A stretch of DNA of 64,000 nucleotides. Origin: an uncultured delta proteobacterium (GTDB lineage Bacteria; Desulfobacterota; Binatia; UBA9968). Where the stretch lies: NCBI GenBank assembly GCA_963771465.1, contig CAVYTU010000011.1, positions 216,581-280,580 on the forward strand. Direction: 5' to 3'. Positions 1 to 10,109 of the stretch are shown here, piece by piece. Both the position numbers and the translations under genes were made by a program. The notes beneath the pieces are model-generated. The model was not told where the DNA came from, did no database searches, and worked only from the letters and a program-made list of their open reading frames with translations. The first letter of the stretch is position 1, and each line of letters begins with the position of its first letter.

Positions 1-63
1 TATTCAGCGAGCAAGCATGTGCGGGTGACGATTAGCGGCTGTGATTTGCCGGCACAAAGCTAA
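1..63 (+). CDS. soxY: 3' end of SoxY-like sulfur carrier (partial)
   Basis: Frame 1 reads YSASKHVRVTISGCDLPAQS*, resembling the SoxY V(K/R)VTIGGC arm; directly upstream of soxZ. Confidence 0.65.
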   Translation, partial: YSASKHVRVTISGCDLPAQS

Positions 64-134
64 AAATGGATTCGTGCAAAACGTTCCAATCCTTCAAGCC
101 GTTCAAAATGTTGAATGCCGATGAAAGTTGAGTC

Positions 135-467
135 ATGGCCGAAGTAGGGAGAGTGAGCATTCGCTTGCCGTCGTCGATCAAACAAGGCGATGTGATTCGC
201 GTGCGCACGTTGGTGATTCATCCGATGGAGATTGTGCAGCGCGACAAAACGAACAAGATCATTCCGAAAAACTATCACTTCATCCATACCATGACGGTGG
301 CGTTCAACGGCAAGGAAGTGATGCGTACGGAATTCACCCAGGGGGTCACGCAGAACCCGAGTATTACCTTTCCGCTGAAAGTCGAGCGGCCGGGGAAATT
401 GACCGTGAGCTTCGCCGATACGTTGGGGAAGAGTTACGAGGGCGCGGCCGAGGTGAAGTTTTCCTAG
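135..467 (+). CDS. soxZ: Thiosulfate oxidation carrier protein SoxZ
   Basis: 110 aa with VRTLVIHPME, HFI and QNPSITF motifs typical of SoxZ. Confidence 0.85.
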   Translation: MAEVGRVSIRLPSSIKQGDVIRVRTLVIHPMEIVQRDKTNKIIPKNYHFIHTMTVAFNGKEVMRTEFTQGVTQNPSITFPLKVERPGKLTVSFADTLGKSYEGAAEVKFS

Positions 468-577
468 GTCATCTTACAATGGTCGAGAATGGACGGTTGA
501 GGATCGACGATGGTTTTTTTGCTCGTCGATCTTCTCCACTCGGCTGTCGGTCGCGAAGCGCGCTTCTGCCGTCTGTT

Positions 578-1789
578 ATGACTGCCGTTTCACCATCGCT
601 GGAATCCTTTCTCCACGATCAATACGACAAAGTTTTTGGCCGCCCCTGGCCGGTGTTGCCTTCCGCGTTGGTGATCGCGGCGCTCAATGTTTTTCTCTTT
701 GCCTTCGACCGGCCGTGGACGGCTTCGGATGGGCTGCGCCATTGGGGCGATTCCTTATTCAAAATGATCGGCGTTATCGATCAGCCTGACCTTTTGCCAC
801 CGCTGCTGTTTTCCGCATCGGTGCTCAATATTGGTTTGCTGGTCGGTGGTCTCGGCGCTGCTTTGCTCAGCCGTGAATTCGCGATTCGCTCGGCGCCGCC
901 GAAGGAGATCGTCAAAGGCGCCGTCGGCGGGCTGATGATGGGTTTGGGCGCGATGCTGTCGTTCGGCTGCAATATTGGCGGCTTTTTTAGCGCGCTGTCG
1001 GCGCTGTCGGCGAGCGGTTTGGCGATGATGGTCGGACTTATGGCCGGCAGTTTTGCCGCCACGAGATTTATCATTCGGGAAAGAGTGCGGCAGATTGAAA
1101 AGGGGCAGATAGCGTTTATCTCGCCTTGCGAAGCGCCGCCACGGGCGGCGCCGGGTTCCGCGGCGTTCAATGCTCAGCCGCGCGCCGGCGTGCTTGTGTT
1201 CGTGCTCGTGATTGGCTTCGGTCTTCTCTACCAGCTCTGGGGTTATGGCCGGTTGGCGATGTTTTTGTACTTCGGCGTCGCTTTCGGCATTGTCCTTCAA
1301 CGCTCGCGCTTCTGCTTCGTCAATGCCTTTCGCGAACCGTTCTTGAGCGGCCAAAGCGAACACACGCGGGCGGCCGCTCTGGCACTGACGCTGAGCATGA
1401 TCGGCTTCGCGATTTTAAAAGCCGGCGATCTCAAAGACGCCGGCGAGTGGATATTCCCCTCGTTTTGGTTCGGCAGTTTTGTCGGTGGCGCGATTTTCGG
1501 CGCCGGCATGGTGCTCGCCGAAGGCTGCGGCGCGGGATCGATTTGGCGCTTCGGCGAAGGCCATGTAAAACTTTGGCTGGCGGTTTTCTTTTTTGCCATC
1601 GGCGCGTCAGCCATGCGGCTCGTCTTGGTACACACCGATGGGTTGCGCCAGTTGGGTGACAGCATATTTTTACCGACTGTGTTTGGCTGGACGGGAGCGC
1701 TATGGGGCGTCATTGGGTTGATGGTTGTTTGGTATTTCCTCTCGGCGTGGAACGAGCAACGCAAACAGGTTGGCGTTTTGAAGGTCTAA
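578..1789 (+). CDS. YeeE/YedE family sulfur (thiosulfate) transporter
   Basis: Polytopic membrane protein with GCNIG, RSRFCF and GCGAG motifs; ATG at 578 preferred over the ORF-track start at 128, which overlaps soxZ. Confidence 0.85.
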   Translation: MTAVSPSLESFLHDQYDKVFGRPWPVLPSALVIAALNVFLFAFDRPWTASDGLRHWGDSLFKMIGVIDQPDLLPPLLFSASVLNIGLLVGGLGAALLSREFAIRSAPPKEIVKGAVGGLMMGLGAMLSFGCNIGGFFSALSALSASGLAMMVGLMAGSFAATRFIIRERVRQIEKGQIAFISPCEAPPRAAPGSAAFNAQPRAGVLVFVLVIGFGLLYQLWGYGRLAMFLYFGVAFGIVLQRSRFCFVNAFREPFLSGQSEHTRAAALALTLSMIGFAILKAGDLKDAGEWIFPSFWFGSFVGGAIFGAGMVLAEGCGAGSIWRFGEGHVKLWLAVFFFAIGASAMRLVLVHTDGLRQLGDSIFLPTVFGWTGALWGVIGLMVVWYFLSAWNEQRKQVGVLKV

Positions 1790-1807
1790 CTGCTAGACGA
1801 ATTGACT

Positions 1808-2491
1808 ATGAATCCTCTGTCGGCAAAAGATATTCAGATCCCGGTAAACGCCAAGGCTGGCGTGGTGTCGGGGTTATTGATCAAGCCGCAGGGCGCTGCG
1901 GCGTTGCTTGTGTTAGCCCACGGCGCCGGCGCCGGCATGCGCCATCGTTTCATGGAAGACACCGCGGCGAAGCTCACTGACGCGGGCATCGCAACTTTGC
2001 GTTATCAGTTTCCCTACATGGAAAAGCGCACCAAGCGGCCCGATTCCGAGTCGACGCTGACGGATACCGTGCGCGCGGCGCTGGCTACGGCGAAAAAAGT
2101 TGCCGGCGACCTGCCGTTGTTTGCCGGTGGTAAATCCATGGGCGGACGGATGACATCGCTGGCCGCGGCGAAGGAACCGTTGGATTCGGTGCGCGGCTTG
2201 ATTTACTTCGGCTTTCCGCTTCACGCCGTGGGCAAGCCTGGCTCTGAACGCGGCGCGCATCTGGCCGAGCTCAAGTTGCCGATGCTTTTTCTCCAAGGCT
2301 CGCGCGACGCGCTGGCGGATTTGAAACTGCTCAAGCCGTTATGCCAACAGCTCGGAAAAACTGTCGAACTTTTCGTCATCGCCGGCGGCGATCATTCGTT
2401 TCATATGCTGAAGAGCGCCAAGCGATCGGACGACGAAGCGCTTGGCGCAGCGGTCAAGAAGGCCGCGGGCTGGATGGCGAAAAATCTTTGA
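1808..2491 (+). CDS. Alpha/beta hydrolase (KANL3/Tex30-like)
   Basis: HGAG, GGKSMGGR nucleophile elbow, QGSRD, GGDHSF. Confidence 0.85.
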   Translation: MNPLSAKDIQIPVNAKAGVVSGLLIKPQGAAALLVLAHGAGAGMRHRFMEDTAAKLTDAGIATLRYQFPYMEKRTKRPDSESTLTDTVRAALATAKKVAGDLPLFAGGKSMGGRMTSLAAAKEPLDSVRGLIYFGFPLHAVGKPGSERGAHLAELKLPMLFLQGSRDALADLKLLKPLCQQLGKTVELFVIAGGDHSFHMLKSAKRSDDEALGAAVKKAAGWMAKNL

Positions 2492-2582
2492 AGAAAAGAT
2501 CGGATGGGAATTTGGCGGCCAGCGCGCAAAGCGCGAGCACACGTACCGGTGCGCCGCTTAGAATTAATCACTCGAGATCACG

Positions 2583-3071
2583 ATGTATCCAACCAATGAG
2601 TTAACGGCGCTCGAAGCGCTCAAAGGCGACGATCCGGAATTGGCGGCGACGGCGGAGGCGATGCTGTGGGCTGCGTGGTGCCGTTCCGGCAACTCTGAAG
2701 CGGATCGGCTGTTTCGCGCCGGTGTCGACGCAATGCAGAATCGCCAGCTGGAAGAAGCGGAAGAATTATTCGGCCGGGTAGTCGGGTTGCTGCCAGCGTT
2801 TGCCGAGGGTTGGAACAAACGGGCGACGGTGCGTTATATGCGGAAAAATTTCAAAGGTGCCATCGCCGACTGCCAGGAGACTTTAGCGCGCAATGCCAAT
2901 CACTTCGGCGCGGCGTCAGGTCAAGGGCTTTGCCATATGGCGGTGAGTCAGTTTCGCGAAGCGGCGATCTGCTTTCGCCGGGCACTGGATATTCATCCGC
3001 ATCTTGATGCGGTGCGTCATAACCTGGCGATGGCGGAAGCCGAAGGCGGCGGCAGCGGCTATCTTAATTAG
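2583..3071 (+). CDS. Tetratricopeptide repeat protein
   Basis: FAEGWNKRATVRY and HFGAASGQGLC TPR-like helices. Confidence 0.75.
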   Translation: MYPTNELTALEALKGDDPELAATAEAMLWAAWCRSGNSEADRLFRAGVDAMQNRQLEEAEELFGRVVGLLPAFAEGWNKRATVRYMRKNFKGAIADCQETLARNANHFGAASGQGLCHMAVSQFREAAICFRRALDIHPHLDAVRHNLAMAEAEGGGSGYLN

Positions 3072-3220
3072 AGTAACAGGTTTCAATCGTTCAAGTCGTT
3101 CCCAGCGCTCCGGCCGTTTTCAATTCGGCAAATTCAAGCGTTCAAGGATTAAGCCTGCTTGACCTCGCCTGATCATGCACTCTATATAAATTGTCGACTT
3201 AATTTCTCTGGGAGGTTCGA

Positions 3221-3778
3221 ATGGCTATTCGAGTGGCTGGGATTCCTGGCAGTTTGCGAGCGGCTTCGCTTAATAAAGGTTTATTGCGGGCCGCGGTCGA
3301 GTTGGCGCCGGCCGGGATGGAAATTTCGATCTACACTCGGCTCGGCGATATTCCGCCTTATAACGACGATGTGTTCGCCCAGGGTGATCCCGAGCCGGTG
3401 GCGGATTTGAAAACATTTATCGGCGGTGCCGATGCCATGCTGATCGTCACGCCGGAATATAACTACGGCGTCCCCGGGGTTTTGAAAAACGCCATCGACT
3501 GGGCGTCGCGGCCGACCGGCAAGTCTGTGCTCAACCGGAAGCCCGCGGCGCTGATGGGCTGTTCGCCGGGACTCGGCGGCACGATCCGCGCGCAACACGC
3601 GCTGCGCCAGTCGTTTGTCTTCACTGAGACTCACGTCATGTCGCAACCGGAGATCAAGATCCCTTCGGCGGCGCCGCTGTTCGATGCCAACGGCAAACTC
3701 ACCGACGAGAAGACGCGCGAATACGTCGGCAAATTCCTCGCAGCATTTGCCGTATGGATCGGGCGCTTCAAAGATTAA
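3221..3778 (+). CDS. NADPH-dependent FMN reductase (ChrR-like)
   Basis: GSLRAASLN and TPEYNYGVPGVLKNAIDWASR motifs; GGAGG RBS. Confidence 0.9.
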   Translation: MAIRVAGIPGSLRAASLNKGLLRAAVELAPAGMEISIYTRLGDIPPYNDDVFAQGDPEPVADLKTFIGGADAMLIVTPEYNYGVPGVLKNAIDWASRPTGKSVLNRKPAALMGCSPGLGGTIRAQHALRQSFVFTETHVMSQPEIKIPSAAPLFDANGKLTDEKTREYVGKFLAAFAVWIGRFKD

Positions 3779-3917
3779 ACTTCCTGCGCCAATGGCATCG
3801 CGCGGCGGCCAAGTTGTTATTAAGGCACATTGACACCGGGCAAGGTCATCGGGTAGTCTCGCCGGCAAATCAGCAGTTGATTTCTCTAATAAACTTAAGA
3901 TTACGGGAGGCGACGGT

Positions 3918-5366
3918 ATGTTAAACAGGTTTGTTATTGCGTTCGCGCTGGTGCTGCTTGCTGGATCTCGAGCGGCCGCGGCTGATTCGCCACTCCAGCA
4001 AATTGCCGATGCGCTAGATGTGTCGACGACCAAAACGTTTCAGTTCACCGGCAATGGTAAGATGTGGCATGTCGGCCAATCGACAAGTCCGATGGCGGCG
4101 TGGCCGAGATATTACGTAAAAAGTTTGACGCGCGTGTACGATTTCACTGCGGGAGCGATGCGCGAACAAATGGTCCGGACGCAGGGTGAGACACCGCCCA
4201 GCGGTGGCGGCGGTCAGCCACTTGAGGGCGATCAGCAATTCATCACATTGGTGAGCGGTGACCTGGCATGGAACGAGTCCGGCAAGAACACGCCGGCCCG
4301 GCCGCACGAGGCCAACGGTCGGGCCCACGAGCTGGCGATTTCACCGCATGGTGTGGTCCGCGCCGCGCTTGCGAACAATGCGACCGTAACTAAGAAGATG
4401 ATGGATGGACGTGAGATGACGGTGGTCTCATTCACTGATCGAGGCAAGCGCAAGATCGTCGCCTACGCCAACGACCAAAATGCCATCGAGCGCGTTGAGT
4501 CCAGCTACGGGCATCCCGTTGTCGGCGATATCAAGGTCGTGACCAACTACGGCCCGTACCGCGACTTCGCCGGCGTCAAGTTTCCAACCAGGATTGTTCA
4601 ATACCAGGACGGCTTGCCGGCTCTGGACGTTATCGTCACGGCTGTGAGCGCCAATCCAACATTCAATGTCGAGGTGCCGAGCGACGTACGCAGCACACCA
4701 ACGGTGGTGAAGTCTGAAAAAACCGCGGACGGCGTTTGGTTCATTGCCGGTGACTCACATAATTCCGTGTTGATCGAGATGAAAGACTATCTCATCGTCG
4801 TGGAAGCACCGTCAGGCGATGATCGTTCGATGGCGGTGATGGCTGAGGTGAAGAAGCTGGTGTCCAATAAGCCGATCAAGTATTTGGTCAACACGCACCA
4901 TCACTTCGATCATTCCGGCGGCGTGCGCGCTTACGCCGCCGAAGGCGTGACGATTGTAACCCATGAGCTCAACCGGCCCTACTTCGAACGTGCGGCGGCG
5001 AATAGCTGGAGTCTTGCTCCAGATCGCTTAGCCAAGTCGAAGAAGAAACCGGTTTTCCAAACCATGGGCGATAACATGGTGTTGACCGACGGGACGCGCT
5101 CTGTGGAGCTATACCAGATCGTCGGTAACGGGCATCATGACGGCATAGTTATGGCGTATTTGCGGAAAGAGAAACTGCTAATCGAAGCGGATGCCTTTAC
5201 GCCGGGCAGTGTGCCGAAGACCCCCGATCCGTTCTCAGTCAACCTGGAAGCGAACGTACGGCGCTTGAACATTGAGGTCGATCGGATATTGCCTCTCCAC
5301 GGCGCAATCGCCCCCTATGGCGAGTTGCTGAATGCGATCGGCAAAAAGCCGGCGCCGGCGAAGTAG
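3918..5366 (+). CDS. Secreted MBL-fold metallo-hydrolase, paralog 1
   Basis: Signal peptide; THHHFDH motif; C-terminal PLHG. Confidence 0.85.
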   Translation: MLNRFVIAFALVLLAGSRAAAADSPLQQIADALDVSTTKTFQFTGNGKMWHVGQSTSPMAAWPRYYVKSLTRVYDFTAGAMREQMVRTQGETPPSGGGGQPLEGDQQFITLVSGDLAWNESGKNTPARPHEANGRAHELAISPHGVVRAALANNATVTKKMMDGREMTVVSFTDRGKRKIVAYANDQNAIERVESSYGHPVVGDIKVVTNYGPYRDFAGVKFPTRIVQYQDGLPALDVIVTAVSANPTFNVEVPSDVRSTPTVVKSEKTADGVWFIAGDSHNSVLIEMKDYLIVVEAPSGDDRSMAVMAEVKKLVSNKPIKYLVNTHHHFDHSGGVRAYAAEGVTIVTHELNRPYFERAAANSWSLAPDRLAKSKKKPVFQTMGDNMVLTDGTRSVELYQIVGNGHHDGIVMAYLRKEKLLIEADAFTPGSVPKTPDPFSVNLEANVRRLNIEVDRILPLHGAIAPYGELLNAIGKKPAPAK

Positions 5367-5384
5367 TATAGGGATGTAATCCAC

Positions 5385-5427
5385 AAAAAGCGCGAGTACG
5401 GCTGAGGTCGTGCTCGCGCTTTTTTTT
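5385..5427 (+). terminator. Intrinsic terminator (probably bidirectional)
   Basis: AAAAAGCGCGAGTACGGC-TGAG-GTCGTGCTCGCGC followed by a T-run. Confidence 0.8.
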
Positions 5428-5500
5428 GTCTTGTAACTTTCCTGGCGCTGGCATATGAAGTTCTCCATCCGTGATTCCATCTAGGTATTAGGAGGCGATT

Positions 5501-6943
5501 ATGTTGAATAAGTTCGTAGGCGTACTCGCGCTGTTCGCGCTTATGAGTTTGCCGGTGGAGGCGCAAGAATCCGATCTCCAACGGATTGCCGATGCGCTCG
5601 ATGTATCGACGACGAAGACGTTCCAGTTCACTGCGAATGGGACGATGTATTCGCTCGGCCAGAGCACTAGCCCAGCGGCGGCATGGCCGAGACAGTTCGT
5701 CAAATCCATGACCCGGGTCTACGACTTCACGGCGGGTGCTATGCAAGATCAATGGGTGCTCATGGACGGCGAGACCCAGACGGTTGGGCCTGAGCGGCAA
5801 GCCGTGAATATAGTTAATGGTGATCATGCCTGGAGGGTGGCGGGCAAAAATACACTGCCGAGATTATTTGAGGCGCCGGAATGGGCACACCAGATCGTGA
5901 TCTCACCTCACGGAGTTCTGCGTGCCGCGTTTGCCAACAACGCGAGGGTCACAAAGAAAACGATCGAAGGCCGGGAGATGACTATCATTTCATTTACCGA
6001 CCGGGGCCAACACAAGGTGGTTGCCTATGCCAACGACCAAAGCGCCATTGAGCGGGTCGAGTCTTGGTACGGCCACCCAGTCGTCGGCGATATGAAGGTT
6101 GTGACTCATTACGGATCCTATCGCGATTTTGCTGGAATCAAGTTTCCAACCAAGATCCTTCAGTATCAAGATGACAAGCCGACTTTGGATTTGACAGTGA
6201 CTGCCGTCAGAGCGAATCCGCCGGTGGACATCCAGGTTCCTGCGCACGTGCAGAATGATCCGGTGCCGGTGAAGTCTGAAAAAGTTGCGGATGGCGTTTG
6301 GTACATCACCGGCGTATCAGCCTACAGCGTGCTGATCGAGATGAAAGACTATTTGATCGTCGTCGAAGCGCCGCACGGCGAACGGCGCGCGGTGGCGGTA
6401 ATGGCCGAAGTTAAAAAGTTGGTGCCCAACAAACCGATCAAGTATTTAGTCAACACGCACCATCACTTCGATCACTCTTCCGGCGTTCGCGCTTACGCGG
6501 CGGAAGGCATTACGATCGTCACCCATGAAGTCAACCGGCCGTACTTTGAGCGCGCCGCGTTAAACTCTTGGAATCTATCGCCCGACCGTTTGGCAAAGTC
6601 GAAAAAGAAGCCGGTGTTTCAGACGATGGGTGACAACATGGTTTTGACCGACGGCACGCGCTCGGTGGAACTGTATCAGGTCGTCGGCAACGTTCATCAT
6701 GACGGCATAGTCATGGCGTACCTACGCAAAGAAAAACTGCTGATCGAAGCCGATGTCTTTAATCCAAGCCCAGCAGGTGCTGAGCCGCCTAAAGTTCCCA
6801 GTCCGGCTGCGGTCAACCTGGAGGCCAACGTGCGGCGCTTGAATATTGACGTGGATCGTATCGTGTCGATTCATGAGCGCATCGTGCCTTACAGCGAGTT
6901 GCTCGCGGCCATCGGCAAAAAACCAGCTGCCGCGATGAAGTAG
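5501..6943 (+). CDS. Secreted MBL-fold metallo-hydrolase, paralog 2
   Basis: Signal peptide; THHHFDH; collinear with paralog 1; AGGAGG RBS. Confidence 0.85.
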   Translation: MLNKFVGVLALFALMSLPVEAQESDLQRIADALDVSTTKTFQFTANGTMYSLGQSTSPAAAWPRQFVKSMTRVYDFTAGAMQDQWVLMDGETQTVGPERQAVNIVNGDHAWRVAGKNTLPRLFEAPEWAHQIVISPHGVLRAAFANNARVTKKTIEGREMTIISFTDRGQHKVVAYANDQSAIERVESWYGHPVVGDMKVVTHYGSYRDFAGIKFPTKILQYQDDKPTLDLTVTAVRANPPVDIQVPAHVQNDPVPVKSEKVADGVWYITGVSAYSVLIEMKDYLIVVEAPHGERRAVAVMAEVKKLVPNKPIKYLVNTHHHFDHSSGVRAYAAEGITIVTHEVNRPYFERAALNSWNLSPDRLAKSKKKPVFQTMGDNMVLTDGTRSVELYQVVGNVHHDGIVMAYLRKEKLLIEADVFNPSPAGAEPPKVPSPAAVNLEANVRRLNIDVDRIVSIHERIVPYSELLAAIGKKPAAAMK

Positions 6944-7123
6944 GTTGCAATCAAGCCGGCGCGAGCTCGATACTTGCGCCGGCTTGATCCGTTGCGAACT
7001 GCAACTCCCAGCCCGAAGAAAATGAGCGCACCAAGTACGATTTGACCGTCAAAGAGCGACAAGCGATCTTGGCCGATAGTGCGCGGCGCTTTACAATCTC
7101 CAATGACGAATCGAAAGGATTCT

Positions 7124-8152
7124 ATGAAAGCTTTGTTGCTCACCGGGTCGCTATTCTTTTTTGCGTACGTCGAGTCTCATGCCCAGACACCTTTTTATCA
7201 AGGCAAGACGATTACCATCGTCGTCGGTTATCTGGCCGGCGACGGCTATGACATCTGGGCGCGGCTGTTGGCGGCACATATGGGCAAACATATTCCGGGC
7301 AACCCGAGCATCATCGCGCAGAACATGCCTGGAGCCGGTTCGATGATCGCGGCGAATAACGTTTACAACGTGGCCAAGCCGGACGGTCTGACGATGGCCT
7401 CGATCGGTCCGTCGCTTTATCTCGATCAGCTGATCGGCAAGAAGGAAGTGCAGTTCGATTGGGCGAAGTTCGGCTGGGTGGGCTCGACGGAAAATACCCC
7501 GTGGTTGTTCTATATGAATGCCAACACGCCGTTCAAATCGATCGATGATGTGCGCAAAGCCAAGGAGGCGCCCAAGTGTTCGGCGACCAGCAGCGGCACG
7601 AGCGGCCACTTTATTCCCAAGCTGCTCGAAGAGGCGGTGGGCGCAAAGTTTACCGTGGTCATGGGCTACCAAGGCGGCGCCGAGCAAGATTTAGCCTTCG
7701 AACGCGGCGAAGTCGTTTGCCGCGCGCTCAGCATTCCAACTTTTTTTGCGCGCGAGCCGTTTACCACTTGGCGCAAGAAAGGCATGGTGCGGATACTGCT
7801 TCAGACCGGGCGCAAGCGCGATGCAAAAATGCCGGACGTGCCGACCATCCATGAGCTCATGAATGAGCACAAGACGCCGGCGTCGACGCGCGCATTGGTT
7901 AGCGCGATATTGGCGTCGGGCGATTTGGGCCGCCCGTTTATCACGCCGCCGGCGATTCCCGCCGAGCGGCTGAAGATCCTGCGCGATGCGTTTCGCAAGA
8001 CCATGAGCGACCCGGCCTTTCTCGCCGATGTTAAGTTGCGCAAGTTTGAAATCGATCCGGACTACGGCGAAGATCTAGAAGCGTTGGCTAAGGAGATCAT
8101 GTCGCAGCCGCGCGAGATCGTCGAACGGATGAAAAAACTCCTGAGCGAATGA
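7124..8152 (+). CDS. Bug/TctC tripartite tricarboxylate transporter substrate-binding protein
   Basis: FYQGKTITIVVG, GYDIWAR, NMPGAGS, KPDGLT motifs; signal peptide. Confidence 0.85.
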   Translation: MKALLLTGSLFFFAYVESHAQTPFYQGKTITIVVGYLAGDGYDIWARLLAAHMGKHIPGNPSIIAQNMPGAGSMIAANNVYNVAKPDGLTMASIGPSLYLDQLIGKKEVQFDWAKFGWVGSTENTPWLFYMNANTPFKSIDDVRKAKEAPKCSATSSGTSGHFIPKLLEEAVGAKFTVVMGYQGGAEQDLAFERGEVVCRALSIPTFFAREPFTTWRKKGMVRILLQTGRKRDAKMPDVPTIHELMNEHKTPASTRALVSAILASGDLGRPFITPPAIPAERLKILRDAFRKTMSDPAFLADVKLRKFEIDPDYGEDLEALAKEIMSQPREIVERMKKLLSE

Positions 8153-8343
8153 TCGCACTATTTTTAAGAATGTTATTGCATATATCGGCCAGGCACGCTG
8201 ATACTTTAACGGATTCCAACAAAAAAGTTTTCTACTTCGCTGACGGCGGCGGTGCGTTAGAATTTTCTTGCCAGCGCAACTGGCGGAAATTAAAATGTCG
8301 CGATGGTGCACGGATCAATCGATGGGTGGGGGAAGATAACTGA

Positions 8344-8835
8344 ATGGCGCAACTGAAATGTCCGAACTGTTCCCGAGAGTTTGTCCGGCGCATATCGCGC
8401 AGTGGTTTGGTCGAACGGTTAATTAGCCTCGTCTATATTTATCCTTTCAAGTGCCAAATCTGCGGTTTCCGATTTCGCATGTCGCAGTGGGGTGTGCGCT
8501 ATGTTCGAGTCGATGAAGATCACCGTGAATATTCCCGCACGCAGGTGAAATTCCCATTAACTTTTCACGACAATGACTTGAATGGCAAAGGAACGGCGCT
8601 CAACATTTCCATGGGCGGTTGCAGTTTCACCACGCTTAGCCAAGTCACCATGGGTATGATTCTCCAACTTGGTTTGCAGATCGCTGACGACGTTCCACCG
8701 GTGGGAGTCGATGCCGCGATGGTACGTTATGTAAGCGGTGAATCGGTCGGTGTTGAGTTTCTCCGGTGGCGCGAAGGCGAACGAGAACGCTTGCAGCTCT
8801 TTGTGCGCGGCTTACTGATTGGCCACCAATCCTAA
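8344..8835 (+). CDS. PilZ domain protein with N-terminal zinc-ribbon-like motif
   Basis: CPNC...CQIC; RxxxR (REYSR) and NISMGG PilZ motifs; GVEF. Confidence 0.75.
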   Translation: MAQLKCPNCSREFVRRISRSGLVERLISLVYIYPFKCQICGFRFRMSQWGVRYVRVDEDHREYSRTQVKFPLTFHDNDLNGKGTALNISMGGCSFTTLSQVTMGMILQLGLQIADDVPPVGVDAAMVRYVSGESVGVEFLRWREGERERLQLFVRGLLIGHQS

Positions 8836-8936
8836 CTACCAACACGCCGATCATCGGCGTGGGGCGAAGATTCAATTTCAATCACTGGGTACGGCGCAGC
8901 TGGAGCGCGGCCACAAGCGCGAACAAGCATTCTTCG

Positions 8937-9906
8937 TCAAACTTTTCGCATAGGAATAATGTAATAGGGCACGAAGCCGTCACCGGGGTCGACTTCCAAG
9001 CGTTCTTCAAAGCCGTCGGTCGTAGGCCGGAGAATTTTCCGGGCGCGCTTCCACTGGCTGGCGTGGCCAGGCGGCACGTCGGCGAATTCAACTTCGCGCT
9101 CATTGTGCGCAATGGCGTATTCGCGCACCACGCCACCGTCCGTGTAGGCGTGTGCGGTGATTGCGCCCGCAGCTTCGGCGCCGACGATGACAAACGCTTT
9201 ATGCACGTCTTTCCTGCCGTCGGCCAGCGGATAGGTCGCGTCCATGCGCAGCGCGATAAAGCGGCCGCCCGCTTCGAAGCTGCCGAGCAGTTCTTTTTGA
9301 AAAACGTAATCGGTCATGGCGTATTTGCCCTCGCCGCGAAAATGGCCGAGGAGAAACTCCAACGGCTGCATATGGGCACTCGCTTTCTCATGATGGTGCA
9401 CTGGATCGAAACGAAACTTCTCGGCTTCGCCGGTATTGCCGAGGAGTGTGCCGGCTCGTACCGCCGCTTGGGCGTACTTGAGCACGGCGCGCCAGTTTTT
9501 ATCGGTAACCACTTCGGCGAACATTTCCTGTTTGTCGCCGATGCGCAAGGTTAGCAGCGGCGCCTGTTTACAGGGACCCTGGCAACCGGTTTTGGAGATC
9601 GGCGCGCCAATTTCGGCGCTGAGCCGAGTCAATTCGCCATCCGAAATGTCGAAGTTAGCTTTATCGCAGCAAGGCTGGGCGGTGCAGACAAAAAAACGGT
9701 TGGGACCCGAAGTGTACGCTTGTTTGGCTCGATGTAGTGCAGCCAAGCAGTTCGTCATCGGGTGGCGTGAGACGCCGAAGCTTCAGAAAATGGCGGAACT
9801 GCGCCAGCGCAGCTTCAGTCCAAGCGCCTGCCGTCTTAACCACAAATCCGGAAGCATGGAAGCCAAGTTCAGTTTCTACTTGTTGTCCCGGTGTCGAAGG
9901 TTGCAT
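8937..9906 (-). CDS. Thioredoxin-like [2Fe-2S] ferredoxin domain fused to a nitrobindin/DUF1794-like beta-barrel; one frameshift near 9745
   Basis: FVCTAQPCC...TGCQGPCKQAP then LEFLLGHFRGEG; ORF 9661-9924 (..PPDDELL) joins ORF 8937-9758 (AALHRAKQAY) across an indel; start approximate. Confidence 0.6.
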
Positions 9907-10109
9907 CGTCACACTCCCGTTCACCGGGCTTAACTTACTGTGAAGGGTGTCAGCGCGTCAAGGAATGCGCGTCCGTGGTCGTCTTTACGCTTGTTGAGGT
10001 GCGTCGACAAGCACGATTCACGAAGACCGTTTGATGCTCGGGGCTAAACGCACAACGCCCAAGCCGGGTGGCTTGGGCGTTGTGTGGGAGGCAACGACGT
10101 GAGCCTATC

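Noticed and set aside
128-577. N-terminal extension of YeeE in the 553-aa ORF
   Set aside because: It overlaps soxZ in another frame and is not protein-like; start placed at 578.
8766-9554. Long antisense or alternate-frame ORFs (also 29825-30604, 31618-32394, 51195-51857 and others)
   Set aside because: They are shadows of well-supported genes in GC-rich DNA and carry no motifs.
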